DNA from: an uncultured Spirochaetaceae bacterium
GTDB taxonomy: Bacteria; Myxococcota_A; UBA9160; UBA4427
Direction of reading: 5' to 3'
Length of the DNA stretch: 64,000 nt
Assembly: GCA_964488255.1 (NCBI GenBank)
Contig: CAZAUR010000018.1
Coordinates: 6,596 to 70,595, forward strand
Numbering within the stretch: the first letter of the stretch is position 1; the number at the start of each line of letters is the position of its first letter. Of this stretch, positions 47,854 to 58,573 are shown piece by piece. A program made the position numbers and the translations under genes. The notes beneath the pieces were generated by a model, which saw nothing but the letters and a program-made list of their open reading frames with translations, had not been told where the DNA came from and searched no databases.

Positions 47854-49305
47854 ATGACGACGAAGGACTCGAACGAGAATCGTACGGCGCAGGAGGCTCC
47901 CTCGGGCTCGAGACTGGCTCGGGATCATGATGAGCTACGAAGCCGAGATTCGGCCAAGCCGCGACGACCACATGTCGTCATCGTGGGCGGCGGATTCGGC
48001 GGCCTCGCGGTCGCGCGCGGGCTCGGAGGTTCTGCGGTCGATGTCACGCTGATCGACAAGAGAAATTTCCACCTCTTTCAGCCCTTGCTCTATCAAGTGG
48101 CGACCGGCGCGCTCTCTCCTGCCAACATCGCGACTCCACTTCGCTGGTCGCTCAGGCGCTACCGCAATGTCGACATCGTCCTCGGCGAGGTCACTGGCTT
48201 CGACGTCGACGAATCTACGGTCGAGCTTCGCGGCGACTCGATCCGCTACGACCATCTCGTCGTCGCTTCGGGGGCCACGCACAGCTATTTCGGAAATGAC
48301 TGGAGCGGAATGGCGCCAGGTCTCAAATCTCTCGAGGACGCGCTGGAGATCCGCCGACGCGTTCTGCTGGCGTTCGAGCGCGCCGATCGAGCGCGCGATC
48401 CCAGCGAGCGTGCAGCGCTTCTCACGTTCGTGATCGTCGGCGGCGGACCGACGGGGATCGAGCTCGCGGGAGCGCTCGCGGAGATCGCCCACCACACGCT
48501 CAGCCGCGACTTTCGACACATCGATCCATCGGAAGCTCGGATCATGCTCGTCGACGCTGCTGAGCACGTTCTGTCCGCCTATCCCCGGGAGTCCGCGCGA
48601 CAAGCCAAATCGGCGGTCGAGGAACTCGGCGTGGAGGTACGAGTGCATACGAGGGTCACGTCGATTCGGCAGGACGCGATCGATCTCGAGACCGAGATGG
48701 GCACCGAGTCGATCAGCGCGGGAACGATTCTTTGGGCGGCCGGAGTGCAGGCGTCCTCACTCGGGAAGTCGCTCGCCGACCCGACGGGCACCGCAGTAGA
48801 TCGTGCAGGCCGAGTGCGGGTGTCCGCCGAGCTGACCCTGGCGGGGTATCACGAGATTTCCGTGATAGGCGATCTGGCCGCTTGTGCGAACGGTGAATCC
48901 GGCTCGCCGCTGCCGGGAATCGCGCCGGTCGCGATGCAACAGGGAACCTACGTGGCCGAGCGGATCCTGGCAGAAGGGGCGGGTCGACAAATGCCGTCCT
49001 TTCATTACCGAGACCGGGGCATGCTCGCGACGATCGGACGCGGAAGAGCCGTTGCGGCACTCGGGCGCGCGCGGCTCAGCGGTCTGCCGGCCTGGCTGAT
49101 CTGGATATTCGTGCATCTCAGAGAGTTGGCGAGAGCCGACAATAGAGTCCTCGTCTTCGTTCAGTGGGCGTGGAGCTACCTCACTTACGAACGCTCCGCG
49201 CGATTGATCACGAATGCGGACAGAGATTCGAAGTTGTCGACTGGAACCCGGAACACGAGACCGGATGGGGATCGCGGTGCGAAACCGCATGCGTCACCGC
49301 CGTGA
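47854..49305 (+). CDS. ndh: Type II NADH dehydrogenase (NDH-2) family FAD oxidoreductase
   Basis: GGGFGG, FQPLLYQVATG.L, GLK.LEDA, GGGPTG.ELAG, WAAGV, GD.A, AP.A.QQG. Confidence 0.92.
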   Translation: MTTKDSNENRTAQEAPSGSRLARDHDELRSRDSAKPRRPHVVIVGGGFGGLAVARGLGGSAVDVTLIDKRNFHLFQPLLYQVATGALSPANIATPLRWSLRRYRNVDIVLGEVTGFDVDESTVELRGDSIRYDHLVVASGATHSYFGNDWSGMAPGLKSLEDALEIRRRVLLAFERADRARDPSERAALLTFVIVGGGPTGIELAGALAEIAHHTLSRDFRHIDPSEARIMLVDAAEHVLSAYPRESARQAKSAVEELGVEVRVHTRVTSIRQDAIDLETEMGTESISAGTILWAAGVQASSLGKSLADPTGTAVDRAGRVRVSAELTLAGYHEISVIGDLAACANGESGSPLPGIAPVAMQQGTYVAERILAEGAGRQMPSFHYRDRGMLATIGRGRAVAALGRARLSGLPAWLIWIFVHLRELARADNRVLVFVQWAWSYLTYERSARLITNADRDSKLSTGTRNTRPDGDRGAKPHASPP

Positions 49306-49523
49306 TCTCGACACTTGGAGGCGCTGAGACGCGGCCGACCACGCATTCCCTGCGAAGGCAGGATTCCCATGGGGTGCTCTCTGGCAGACCCGGCCGCGAC
49401 GCGGAGCAGGGCTCGGGATCATCATGATTCGTCATGAGCCTTCAATGATGGCGATCCAATCCGTATCGGAATCGAGAACGAAAGCAGAAGATCCCCGAGC
49501 GAGAACGACGAAAGGCTCTCGAA

Positions 49524-51482
49524 TTGGCGCCCCTTCAAGCTTACGCCGCGCAGCTGGCTGGGCTCTTCCCGTGCCTCGCAGTGTGCGTATTCTGCCTCGG
49601 GATCTTCTCGATTTCGAGAGGCGCGCTGCTGCTCTGGATGCACGAGCGACTGCTCTCCGCCGGGATCGAGCACCTCCCGTTCGTCCTCGGTCAAGGCCTC
49701 CGCTTCGACATCGTCACCCTCGGCCTGCTGCTCGGCCCCCTGTTCATCCTGTTTCCGATCGCATCCATGAGTTCGCTGGGCGCGCGCGCATGGTCCCGAA
49801 TCGCGATCGTCTGGTGCCTGTCGGTCATCGGCCTCGTGCTCTTCATGGAGATCGCGACGCCTCCGTTCGTCAACGAATTCGACGCAAAGCCGGACCGGCG
49901 CTTCTTCGAGTACCTGGTCGAGCCTCGGGAGGTGGCCGCGACCCTGTGGGGCGCCTACGCACCTTGGATCGCGATCGGCGGAGTCTCGATTCCCGGCGTC
50001 TTGTGGCGATGCCACCGATGGCTGGTCGGGCACTTCAGAGTCCCGCGCACCGTTTCGCCCTCGGCGGCCGCGCTCTATGCCCCGATCATCGCGCTTCTGA
50101 CGGTCGCGGCGGTGCGGTCGACCACTGACCATCGCCCGGTCAATCCCAGCACCGTCGTCTTTTCGAGCGATCCGCTCGCCAACCAGTTCTCGCTGAACTC
50201 GACCTATTCACTTCTGTACGCGGCGTACGAGTTCGTCAGGGAGGACGACGAGTTCGCGTATCGAACGGTTTCGCCGAGATCCGCGGCGGCCGCCGCGCGT
50301 GCAGAAGTCCGCATCGACCCGACCCGATTCTCCGGTGGCCCGAGTTCCACGGAGCACGCGCAGCCGGCGACGCAACCTCGCCGACATCCGCTCAATCTGG
50401 TCATCGTGCTCGAGGAGAGTCTCGGCGCCGAATTCGTGGGGGCGCTAGGGGGTTTGCCCTTGACGCCGAACCTGGATCGTTTGAGCGAGCAGGGCATCTG
50501 GTTCGAACGCCTCTATGCGACGGGAACCCGCTCCGTACGAGGCATCGAGGCGGTTACGACCGGATTTCTGCCGACGACGTCTCGCGCCATCGTCAAACGC
50601 CCTCTCGCCCAGCGTGACTTCTTCACGCTCGCCGGCCTGCTGGCGCGCCAGGGTTACGCCACATCGTTTCTCTACGGTGGCGAGCCGCAGTTCGACAACA
50701 TGGCTCGGTTTCTGGGCAACAACGGCGTGGAGAGCATCATCGGGCGCCACGACTTCGCAGGCGACGTCTACGAGGGCGCCTGGGGTGTTGCCGACGAAGA
50801 CCTCTTCAGCCGTGCGAACGAACATTTTGCCACCCAACCCGAAGATCGCCCCTTCTTCAGCCTCGTGTTCACCACTTCCAATCACTCGCCCTGGGATTTC
50901 CCGCCGGGCCGCATCGAGCTCTTCGAGTCTCCGAAGGCGACTCGACACAATGCGGTGAAGTACGCGGATTACGCGCTCGGACGGTTCTTCGATTCGGCAG
51001 GTGCGTCGGCGTACTGGAACGACACGGTCTTCCTCGTCGTTGCCGACCACGCTTCGAGAGTCCGGGGAGCCGAACTCGTTCCGATCGAGGGCTTCCGGAT
51101 TCCAGGGCTGATCCTGGGTGGCGAGATCACACCGGGCCGCGTGGAACGAATCGCGAGCCAGATCGACCTGCTGCCGACGCTGCTGTCATTGATCGGTATC
51201 GACAGCGCTCATCCCGCCATCGGAATCGATCACACTCGAGAGGATCTCGGTCGCTTCCCCGGACGTGCGATCATGCAGTACGGCCCCAATCAAGCCTACC
51301 TCCGCGGGGACGAGGTCGTCATTCTGAGGCCCGACCTGCCGGAGAGGCAATTCCGGTACCGCGACGGGCACCTGGATCCCGTCCCGAACGACCCGAGCTT
51401 CCTGAACCATGTCGTCGCACTGGCGAATTGGCCGTGGCATGCCTATCGAGAGCGTCTCTATCGATCGATGCCTACCGAATGA
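49524..51482 (+). CDS. LTA synthase family / sulfatase-like membrane protein
   Basis: N-terminal TMs, NLVIVLEESLG, GTRSVRG.EA, YGG...FDNM..F, WG..DEDL, T.SNH.P, YAD.ALG.F, ADH. Start codon uncertain. Confidence 0.9.
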   Translation: MAPLQAYAAQLAGLFPCLAVCVFCLGIFSISRGALLLWMHERLLSAGIEHLPFVLGQGLRFDIVTLGLLLGPLFILFPIASMSSLGARAWSRIAIVWCLSVIGLVLFMEIATPPFVNEFDAKPDRRFFEYLVEPREVAATLWGAYAPWIAIGGVSIPGVLWRCHRWLVGHFRVPRTVSPSAAALYAPIIALLTVAAVRSTTDHRPVNPSTVVFSSDPLANQFSLNSTYSLLYAAYEFVREDDEFAYRTVSPRSAAAAARAEVRIDPTRFSGGPSSTEHAQPATQPRRHPLNLVIVLEESLGAEFVGALGGLPLTPNLDRLSEQGIWFERLYATGTRSVRGIEAVTTGFLPTTSRAIVKRPLAQRDFFTLAGLLARQGYATSFLYGGEPQFDNMARFLGNNGVESIIGRHDFAGDVYEGAWGVADEDLFSRANEHFATQPEDRPFFSLVFTTSNHSPWDFPPGRIELFESPKATRHNAVKYADYALGRFFDSAGASAYWNDTVFLVVADHASRVRGAELVPIEGFRIPGLILGGEITPGRVERIASQIDLLPTLLSLIGIDSAHPAIGIDHTREDLGRFPGRAIMQYGPNQAYLRGDEVVILRPDLPERQFRYRDGHLDPVPNDPSFLNHVVALANWPWHAYRERLYRSMPTE

Positions 51483-51503
51483 GGCCCGATCTACATCCGC
51501 TCG

Positions 51504-52307
51504 CTACTTCCCCAGAATCATCGGCGTCGTTCCGTCCGTGACGATCACCTTTGCGTTTGGCGACGTCACGAGATTCTTGAGGACCTGAATCTGGTTGTAC
51601 TGCAGCTGACGGTCGGTGAGGGAGGCGTTGATGATTTCCTGCGCACGCCGGACCCCCTCTGCTTCGATCCGAACGCGCTCGGCCTCTCGCTCCTGCTTCT
51701 GGATCACGAACTCCATCTGCAGGGCCGCCTGCTCGGCGTTCACCTTCGCCTGAATCGCATCGGACATCGATCGCGGAAGCAGGATGTCCTTCAGCAGGAC
51801 GGCGTCGACGATGAAGCCTTTGTCTCCGATGTGCCGAGTGAGCTCTTCCTTCATGACTTGCTCGACCTTCTGGCGCTCGATCGCGTAGAGCTCCTTGGCG
51901 TAGTACTTGGAGCTGACTTCGCGAGCGGTCGCGAGAAAGTTGCTGAGGACCATGACTTGCTCGTACTTCGGACCGAGGTCCGTGTAGATCTTGCGAACCG
52001 CATCCGGATCTGCGTGATAGAGAAGCGCGATCTGCGCCTGAACGCTGAGCCCCTCCTTCGTGGGAAGCGGTAGCTCTTCGTAGAGCTCGACCGTTTGTAC
52101 GTTGAGCTTGACGACCTTCGTGACGAGCGGGTTGTAGAGATGAGGCCCGCTTTCGAGTGTCCCTGGAACCAGGCGACCCAGTCGCTGGGCGATCCCGACC
52201 TGGCCGGGACGAACGATCGCGCACCCCGAAGAGGCGAAAACGACGATCGCGCATGCAATCATGCTTCGAAGGAACAATCCCCGGCGACTTTCATTGGCCA
52301 AGAACAT
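51504..52307 (-). CDS. SPFH/prohibitin (band 7) family protein, probable lipoprotein
   Basis: SSGC lipobox, VRPGQVGI, TKEGL.V, L.D..LP.....AIQAK..AEQ, EAER.RIEAEG. Confidence 0.9.
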   Translation of the reverse strand: MFLANESRRGLFLRSMIACAIVVFASSGCAIVRPGQVGIAQRLGRLVPGTLESGPHLYNPLVTKVVKLNVQTVELYEELPLPTKEGLSVQAQIALLYHADPDAVRKIYTDLGPKYEQVMVLSNFLATAREVSSKYYAKELYAIERQKVEQVMKEELTRHIGDKGFIVDAVLLKDILLPRSMSDAIQAKVNAEQAALQMEFVIQKQEREAERVRIEAEGVRRAQEIINASLTDRQLQYNQIQVLKNLVTSPNAKVIVTDGTTPMILGK

Positions 52308-52582
52308 GATTCGCCTCACTTTAATTGCTGTTCGAGTCACTCGACACTCGGTGAAGGGCGGTACATCGACTCGCTCGGGGGACCCTCCCGCAGCGAGGTT
52401 CCAAATGCGCTCCGCCGAGACCGAGCAGCGTGGTCACATGATCGTGAGGGCTACTGGACGTGAGATTTCGCGGACGTGAAGAAAAATTAACGGACGGGGT
52501 GGATCCGATGCCGTGGACGAAATTCGACTCCCGCTAGGATCCGGGCATCCAATTCCTGGATTCGCTCACGACGGAAGAATGA

Positions 52583-54418
52583 ATGGACGAGCTCAAACGG
52601 CTCCTGACGACCGTGAACACCCGCTCGATCTACGCCTATTCGATCCTCATCGGCATAGCTGCGGGACTCGCCGCCGCGGTGTTCAATGACGTGCTCCATG
52701 CGCTCTCGAGCGTGACGATGGACCTCGTCGTCGGCATCGCGGTCCCGGAACCCGCGGGTGAAGCGCACGGCGCGCCGCTCGCGGAGGCCATCGATCGACG
52801 CTGGGCGCTGGTCCTGTTGCCGGTCGTCGGCGGCCTCGTCTCGGGGCTGCTGGTCAAGACGTTCGCGCCCGAGGCGGAAGGGACGGGGACTGACAGCTAC
52901 ATCGACGCGTTTCACAATCGCGCTGGCGCGATTCGATCGCGAGTCCCGATCGTGAAATCCCTCGCGACGATCGCGACGATCGCGTGTGGCGGCAGCGCTG
53001 GCAAGGAAGGGCCGATCGCGCAGATCGGTGCGGGCGTCGGATCGAGTCTGGGCAAGTACATCGAGATGGGGGCCCGCGCTCGCCGCACGCTGATGATCGC
53101 TGGTGCCGCGGCGGGGCTCAGCGCGATCTTTCGTGCGCCACTCGGCGGGGCGCTCACGGCGGTCGAAGTGCTCTACAAGGAGGACCTGGAGACCGATGCG
53201 CTCACGCCTGCAATTCTTTCGTCCATTACGGCCTACACCGTATTCTGTTCCATCAATGGATTCGATCACGTATTCGCATTTGAAGTCGTCGGTTTTCATT
53301 CTCCGATCGAGCTCGTCTTCTACGCGATACTGGGATGTGTCTGTTCGCTGTCCGGTTTTCTGTTCGTCAGATTCTTCCACGGATCGAAGCGCCGTTTCTT
53401 CGGTCGTCTTCCGGTCAATCGCTATCTGATTCCTCCGATCGGAGGCCTGCTCGTCGGTGCGATCGGATATGGGTATCCGCAGGTGCTCGGCGGTGGTTTT
53501 GGCTACGTGCAGGAGTTGATCCAGGGATCGCCCGTGGGCGGAATGCAGGCCACCGCTGCCTCGCTGATCCTGCTGGGGGGACTCAAAATCGTGACGACGT
53601 CGTTCACGATCTCGTCGGGGGGATCGGGTGGGGTCTTCGCCCCGAGCCTGTTCATTGGTGCGATGATCGGTGGGGCCGTGGGGACGCTGTGCCATGATTT
53701 GTTTCCCGAGCTCGCGCCGCAAGTTGCACCTTTCGTCGTGGTAGGAATGGGCGGATTCTTCGCCGGCGTCGCGAACGCGCCGATCGCGTCCCTCATGATG
53801 GTGTGCGAGCTGACCGGCGCGTACGAGTTGCTGCCGCCGCTGATGATCGTCGCGACGATTGCCCTCGCGATCTCGCGCAAGTGGTCGATCTACGAGAGTC
53901 AGGTCGACAACAAGTTCATGTCGCGCGCGCACGTTTGGGAGATGAATCCCGTCATTCTTCGCCGAACGACGATCAGCGACGCGGTCGCAGGCCAATACAA
54001 GGGGGAGTGCATCGTGCGAGTCGATGCGCCTCTCTCCGAAGTCGCGGCTCGTACGGCAGAGAGTGGGGCGCGAGACCTCGTGGTCGTCGATCGAGACGGT
54101 AGACTCGCCGGTTCGATTTGCATGAGAGAGATCGAATTCGATCGCGACGTCGGGGCGCTCGACGCCGTGGTCGTCGCCGCGGATCTCGTCAATCGTCGCC
54201 CATTCTCCTTGTCGCCCGAGAGCAGCCTCGTCGACGCGATGGAATACTTCGGTCAGAGCGACCTGACCAACCTCCCGATCAAGGCGTCGGCGGCGGGTGG
54301 GGCGCCGGTCATCGGCTATGTCGACTACGACGCGATCCTGGCGTTCTATCGAACCCAACAGGTCGAAGGGGCGTCGCGCGCCGACGAATCCGAGCCGACA
54401 TCCGAAGGGCCTGCCTGA
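52583..54418 (+). CDS. ClC chloride channel/antiporter with CBS domains
   Basis: GTGTD (GSGIP position), GSAGKEGP, FRAPLGG...A.EVLY, GGSGGVFAP.LF.GA, SIY..QV, C-terminal CBS pair. Confidence 0.93.
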   Translation: MDELKRLLTTVNTRSIYAYSILIGIAAGLAAAVFNDVLHALSSVTMDLVVGIAVPEPAGEAHGAPLAEAIDRRWALVLLPVVGGLVSGLLVKTFAPEAEGTGTDSYIDAFHNRAGAIRSRVPIVKSLATIATIACGGSAGKEGPIAQIGAGVGSSLGKYIEMGARARRTLMIAGAAAGLSAIFRAPLGGALTAVEVLYKEDLETDALTPAILSSITAYTVFCSINGFDHVFAFEVVGFHSPIELVFYAILGCVCSLSGFLFVRFFHGSKRRFFGRLPVNRYLIPPIGGLLVGAIGYGYPQVLGGGFGYVQELIQGSPVGGMQATAASLILLGGLKIVTTSFTISSGGSGGVFAPSLFIGAMIGGAVGTLCHDLFPELAPQVAPFVVVGMGGFFAGVANAPIASLMMVCELTGAYELLPPLMIVATIALAISRKWSIYESQVDNKFMSRAHVWEMNPVILRRTTISDAVAGQYKGECIVRVDAPLSEVAARTAESGARDLVVVDRDGRLAGSICMREIEFDRDVGALDAVVVAADLVNRRPFSLSPESSLVDAMEYFGQSDLTNLPIKASAAGGAPVIGYVDYDAILAFYRTQQVEGASRADESEPTSEGPA

Positions 54419-54592
54419 TGGACGGATCGACCGACGGACGGAGCGACCGAGAGACGGAGCGAGCGAGAGACGCTGCAGGACCTGTTCCGTGGAGCACGGC
54501 AGCCCGACTGCGATGCTCGTGTCGAGACGACGAGGCATTCGACTCCGCGGACTCGCGTCGGTCGGTTGCGGCGTGGTCGTTGGTGAATTCGC

Positions 54593-56438
54593 GTGACACA
54601 CAGTGAATCCGAAGAGAGCTCGGAGCCGTGGGAATTCGCCGGCTGGGGAACAGCCGAACGGATCCAGAATCTGCGCCCCGCTTCATTGTCCCATCTCGAC
54701 CAATCGCGAAGGCACACCCTGGGTTCTTGGCGCGCGACCGCCATCTGCGGCAACGACATCACGTCGAGCGTGCTCTACGTGTCCGCGCTTTGCGCGGCCC
54801 AGGCGGGCGTCCTCGCGCCGCTCGTGCTGCTCATTGTCGCCGGCGTTCTCTATCTGTTTCGCAGGGTCTATGCCGAAGTCGGAAGCGCGCTCCCGCTGAA
54901 CGGCGGGACCTACACCGTCCTGTTGAACACGACGAACAAGCGATTGGCGGCGGGAGCGGCGTGCCTGACGCTGCTCTCCTACGTCGCGACGGCCGTCATC
55001 AGTGCCAGCGAGGCGATGCACTACGCCCATAATCTCGTGCCGGGCCTCGACGTCTTCTCCGCGACGATTGGCCTGCTAGGCACGTTCGCGCTGCTGGGCA
55101 TCGTCGGAATCAGCGAATCCGCGGTCGTCGCGCTCGGGATCTTCCTGCTTCACATGGTGACGCTATCGCTGCTGGCGGTCGCCGGTGCCGCGGTCGTCGC
55201 ACAGAATCCCTCGCTCCTCGTCGAGAACTGGCAGCTTCCGAGCGTCGAGAGCATTCCCAAGGCGCTCTTCTTCGGATTCGCGGCGGCGATGTTGGGGATC
55301 AGCGGCTTCGAGAGCTCGGCGAATTTCATCGAGGAGCAAGAGGAGGGGGTCTTCCCGAAGACGCTGCGGAACATGTGGATCGCAGTCGCGATCTTCAATC
55401 CCGCGATCAGCTTCTTGTCGCTTGGTTTGTTGCCCCTCGCCCAGATCCAGGAAGTACCGCCCGATCTCCTCGCACAGATGGGAGAGGCTGCGCTCGGTCG
55501 GCCCCTCGCCGTGCTGGTCAGCGTCGACGCCGTGCTCGTGTTGTCCGGTGCGGTGTTGACGAGCTACGTGGGGGTGTCCGGATTGGTTCGGCGCATGGCG
55601 CTCGACCGATGTCTACCGCAGTTCCTACTCGCGGAGAATCGATGGCGGGGCACCAATCACTGGATCTTCCTCGCATTCTTCGGGCTCTGTGTGTCGATTC
55701 TCGTGATCACGCAGGGGCGGATCGAGTCGCTCGCGGGCGTGTATACGCTGGCCTTCTTGAGCGTGATGGCGCTCTTCGCCGTGGGCAACATGCTGCTCAA
55801 GACCCGCCGCGCCGCGCTACCACGGGCCGTGCGCGCGGGTTGGCCGACCGTGACCGTGGCGTTAGTTGCGGTGCTGTTGGGTCTGGCTGGCAATATCGTG
55901 CTCGACCCGATCACGCTCGAAATCTTCCAGGCCTACTTTGCGGCGACCGCGGCGGTCGTGGCATTGATGTTCCTGCGAGTTCAAATACTCAAGGGCACGC
56001 TCTACGCCTCGCGCGCCGCGATCGAAAACTTCCGAAGTGCGAGTGGCTGGGTGCATGGGCTCATCCTCCACTTGATGGAGCGCGTCAACGAGCAGGCGAT
56101 GGTCTACTTCACGAAGGGCGACAATCTGGTGACCTTGAACCAGGCTGCGCTCTACGTGCTCAGCAACGAACAGACTGCGCGCCTGCGAGTCGTACACGTC
56201 TACGAGAACGAGGACGAGATTCCGCCTCATCTCGCGGGGCACCTGAAGCTCATCGATCGGCTCTATCCTCAGCTTCGAATCGACTTCGTGGCCGTCCGGG
56301 GGGAGCTTTGGTCCTGAGCTGGTGGAGGCGATCGCACACCGGCTCTCCGTGCCCAAGAATCACATGTTCATCGGGACGCCCGGGGATCGATTCCCACATC
56401 GGATCGAAAAACTCGGTGGCGTTCGCGTCGTATTGTGA
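54593..56438 (+). pseudogene. APC-family amino acid permease with C-terminal soluble domain; +1 frameshift in the G6 run at 56298-56303
   Basis: ATAICGNDITSS.LYV, ALPLNGG.Y..LLNT, GISGFESSANF.EEQ. Removing one G restores RGSFGPELVE.....L.VPKN.MFIG.PGD.FP.RIE.LGGVR.VL*. May be a sequencing error. Confidence 0.85.
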
Positions 56439-56457
56439 GGTCCGTTTGCACGTGAGT

Positions 56458-57060
56458 ATGGTGGCGCGGAGTCTCCAGGACTACGGATTGCTCGCAATCG
56501 TGTTGGGGACGTTCTTCGAAGGCGAAGCCACGCTCGTCCTGGCAGGCGTGGCAGCGAACCGAGGTTACCTCAGCGTCGGTCTCGTGATCGTCGCGGGTTT
56601 CGTCGGCACCGTAATGGGGGACCAGCTGTATTTTCATCTCGGCCGTACGCGTGGCGCTGATATCCTCGTGAGTCGGCCCCAATGGGCTCCGCGGTTGGAG
56701 CGCGTGAAGCGATTCCTCGCCCGCTACGACATGGCCTTCATTCTCGGGTTTCGGTTTCTCTACGGCCTTCGTGTCTTGTCGCCGTTCGCGATCGGAATGA
56801 GCGGGATACCCGCGCGCCGGTTCCTCGTTCTGAACGGAATCGGTGCGCTTCTCTGGTCCGTAGGCATCACGCTTCTCGGTTACGGCCTCGGCCAGGGAGC
56901 GGAGGCGCTGCTCGGACGAGCCAAAGAAGTCGAGCTCATGTTGTTCATGGCCATCGTCCTCGTGGCGACCGCTTGCTGGGTGACGTCGCTGGTGCGCCGT
57001 CGGTTGGCCGCCCGGCGCGACGCCGAGAGGCTCGAGCGCGACCGCTTCAGGACGCGCTGA
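56458..57060 (+). CDS. DedA family membrane protein
   Basis: YG..A...GTFFEGE..L..AG, GDQ..F.LGR, RFLYGLR, F...N.IGALLW. Confidence 0.92.
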   Translation: MVARSLQDYGLLAIVLGTFFEGEATLVLAGVAANRGYLSVGLVIVAGFVGTVMGDQLYFHLGRTRGADILVSRPQWAPRLERVKRFLARYDMAFILGFRFLYGLRVLSPFAIGMSGIPARRFLVLNGIGALLWSVGITLLGYGLGQGAEALLGRAKEVELMLFMAIVLVATACWVTSLVRRRLAARRDAERLERDRFRTR

Positions 57061-57154
57061 TCGGCGGGGGCGAAGGCGAGAGAAGAGGGCGCCGACCCAC
57101 TCGTGCGTCAGCCGTCGCGGGCGCGCCCAGTCGGACTGAAGGGACGCGAACCGC

Positions 57155-58573
57155 TCAGGACGAAAGGGTTGAGACGTCGATCGGTCTCGGCTCAGTCGCG
57201 ACTTCCGGGGGCTTCCGGCCGGGCAGCCAGAGCACGAATCGTGCGCCCCCCATTTTCGACGCTTCCACCCGCAGGTCGCCGCCGTGAGAGACGGCGATCG
57301 ACCGCGCGATCGCGAGACCGAGGCCATGACCGTTCGGTCGACCGTCGCCGACCGTCACGAAGCGTTCGAAGACGCGCTCGGAGTCCTCCTGCGGAATTCC
57401 GGCTCCGGCGTCGTCGACGGTGATCTGGACGCCTTCGTGGATCCATTGGCAGCGCACCGCCACCGCGGTGTTCGGATCCGTATGGTGCAAGGCGTTGTCC
57501 AGAAGGTTGGCGATCACGCGGTCGATCAGATCGGGGTCACCACGAATGACCGCCGCGCATGTGTCGACACGAAGCGACGAACCGCGCGCCTCGAAGGCAG
57601 CTTCGTACACCGCGATCGCGTTCTCGAGACGAGCCGTGAGGTCGAATGGTTGGAACCGGGTCGTCGCGCGACCGTCTTCCACTTCCGCGATCAGCAATAG
57701 GCCATCGACGACGCGGCTCAGTTCCGCTGAAGTCGCGCGTACTGATTCGAGTGCTTTCGTCTTCTGCTGCAACGTTCCGTCGTAGGCGACCTCCGCGACC
57801 GTCGCGATGCGATTGAGCGGAGTCCGGAACTCGTGAGCCAGGACGCTCGCGAATTCTCGGAGCCGCGAGAACGACCCGTCGATCTCCTCGAGCGTCTCGT
57901 TGAGGAGTCGCGCGTGCTCGTCGACCGGGTCACGTGTGCCGCGTTCCGGGATCCGCTCGGCAAGGCGCCTCGGCCCGACACGCTCGAGCGCCCTGCTCGA
58001 CTGACGAAGAGGGCGAAAGGCCCAGGTTGTCGCGAAGACCGCCGAAACCAGCGCGAGGGCGCTCGTGATCCCGGCTACGAGGAGAAGGCCCCGCTTGATC
58101 TCCGCGAGCTCCGAGGCAAAATGCTCCATCGATACCGCGACCTCGAGCTTCTCTCCCTGGTCGAACCGTCGGCTTCCGACCAGGAACCCAGATGGATCGA
58201 GGACGCGGAACGCGTTGAGATCGCGACCGTCGTCGCCCGGCTGCGCGCGGGTGATCACGGATTCGTCGGGCCAGCGCCCAAAGCGCTCGATCGAGCCATC
58301 GGAGGCCTCGACGCGCATCGCGACTTCCGATCCCTCGAGCGCGAGGCGCGCGTCCGCAACCGCCAGACTCGGATCGACGCCGATCGCGACTTCCCGCTCC
58401 ACGGTGCGAAGGATGTGTTGAACCCATGCGTCGGCGGCTTCGAGCGACTCCATCGCGACGAACGCATAGAGGACCGCGCTCTCGATGGCGATGCTCGTGA
58501 GCAGGAGGAACCCGATCAGGAGGGAGGCTCGGGTGTCCGTCCGCCTCGCGAAGCGCCGGATCCCCTCACGCAA
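57155..58573 (-). CDS. Sensor histidine kinase (CusS/CzcS-like)
   Basis: Two TMs, HAMP, LAHEFRTPL, NLLDNAL.H, DAGAGI, GHGLGLAI. Confidence 0.93.
   Translation of the reverse strand: MREGIRRFARRTDTRASLLIGFLLLTSIAIESAVLYAFVAMESLEAADAWVQHILRTVEREVAIGVDPSLAVADARLALEGSEVAMRVEASDGSIERFGRWPDESVITRAQPGDDGRDLNAFRVLDPSGFLVGSRRFDQGEKLEVAVSMEHFASELAEIKRGLLLVAGITSALALVSAVFATTWAFRPLRQSSRALERVGPRRLAERIPERGTRDPVDEHARLLNETLEEIDGSFSRLREFASVLAHEFRTPLNRIATVAEVAYDGTLQQKTKALESVRATSAELSRVVDGLLLIAEVEDGRATTRFQPFDLTARLENAIAVYEAAFEARGSSLRVDTCAAVIRGDPDLIDRVIANLLDNALHHTDPNTAVAVRCQWIHEGVQITVDDAGAGIPQEDSERVFERFVTVGDGRPNGHGLGLAIARSIAVSHGGDLRVEASKMGGARFVLWLPGRKPPEVATEPRPIDVSTLSS

Noticed and set aside
52487-54601. 704-aa minus-strand ORF
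   Set aside because: Antisense to the ClC gene, with no domain signal.
55375-57060. 561-aa ORF as one protein
   Set aside because: Only 56458-57060 is DedA; the upstream part is an off-frame overlap with the APC permease.
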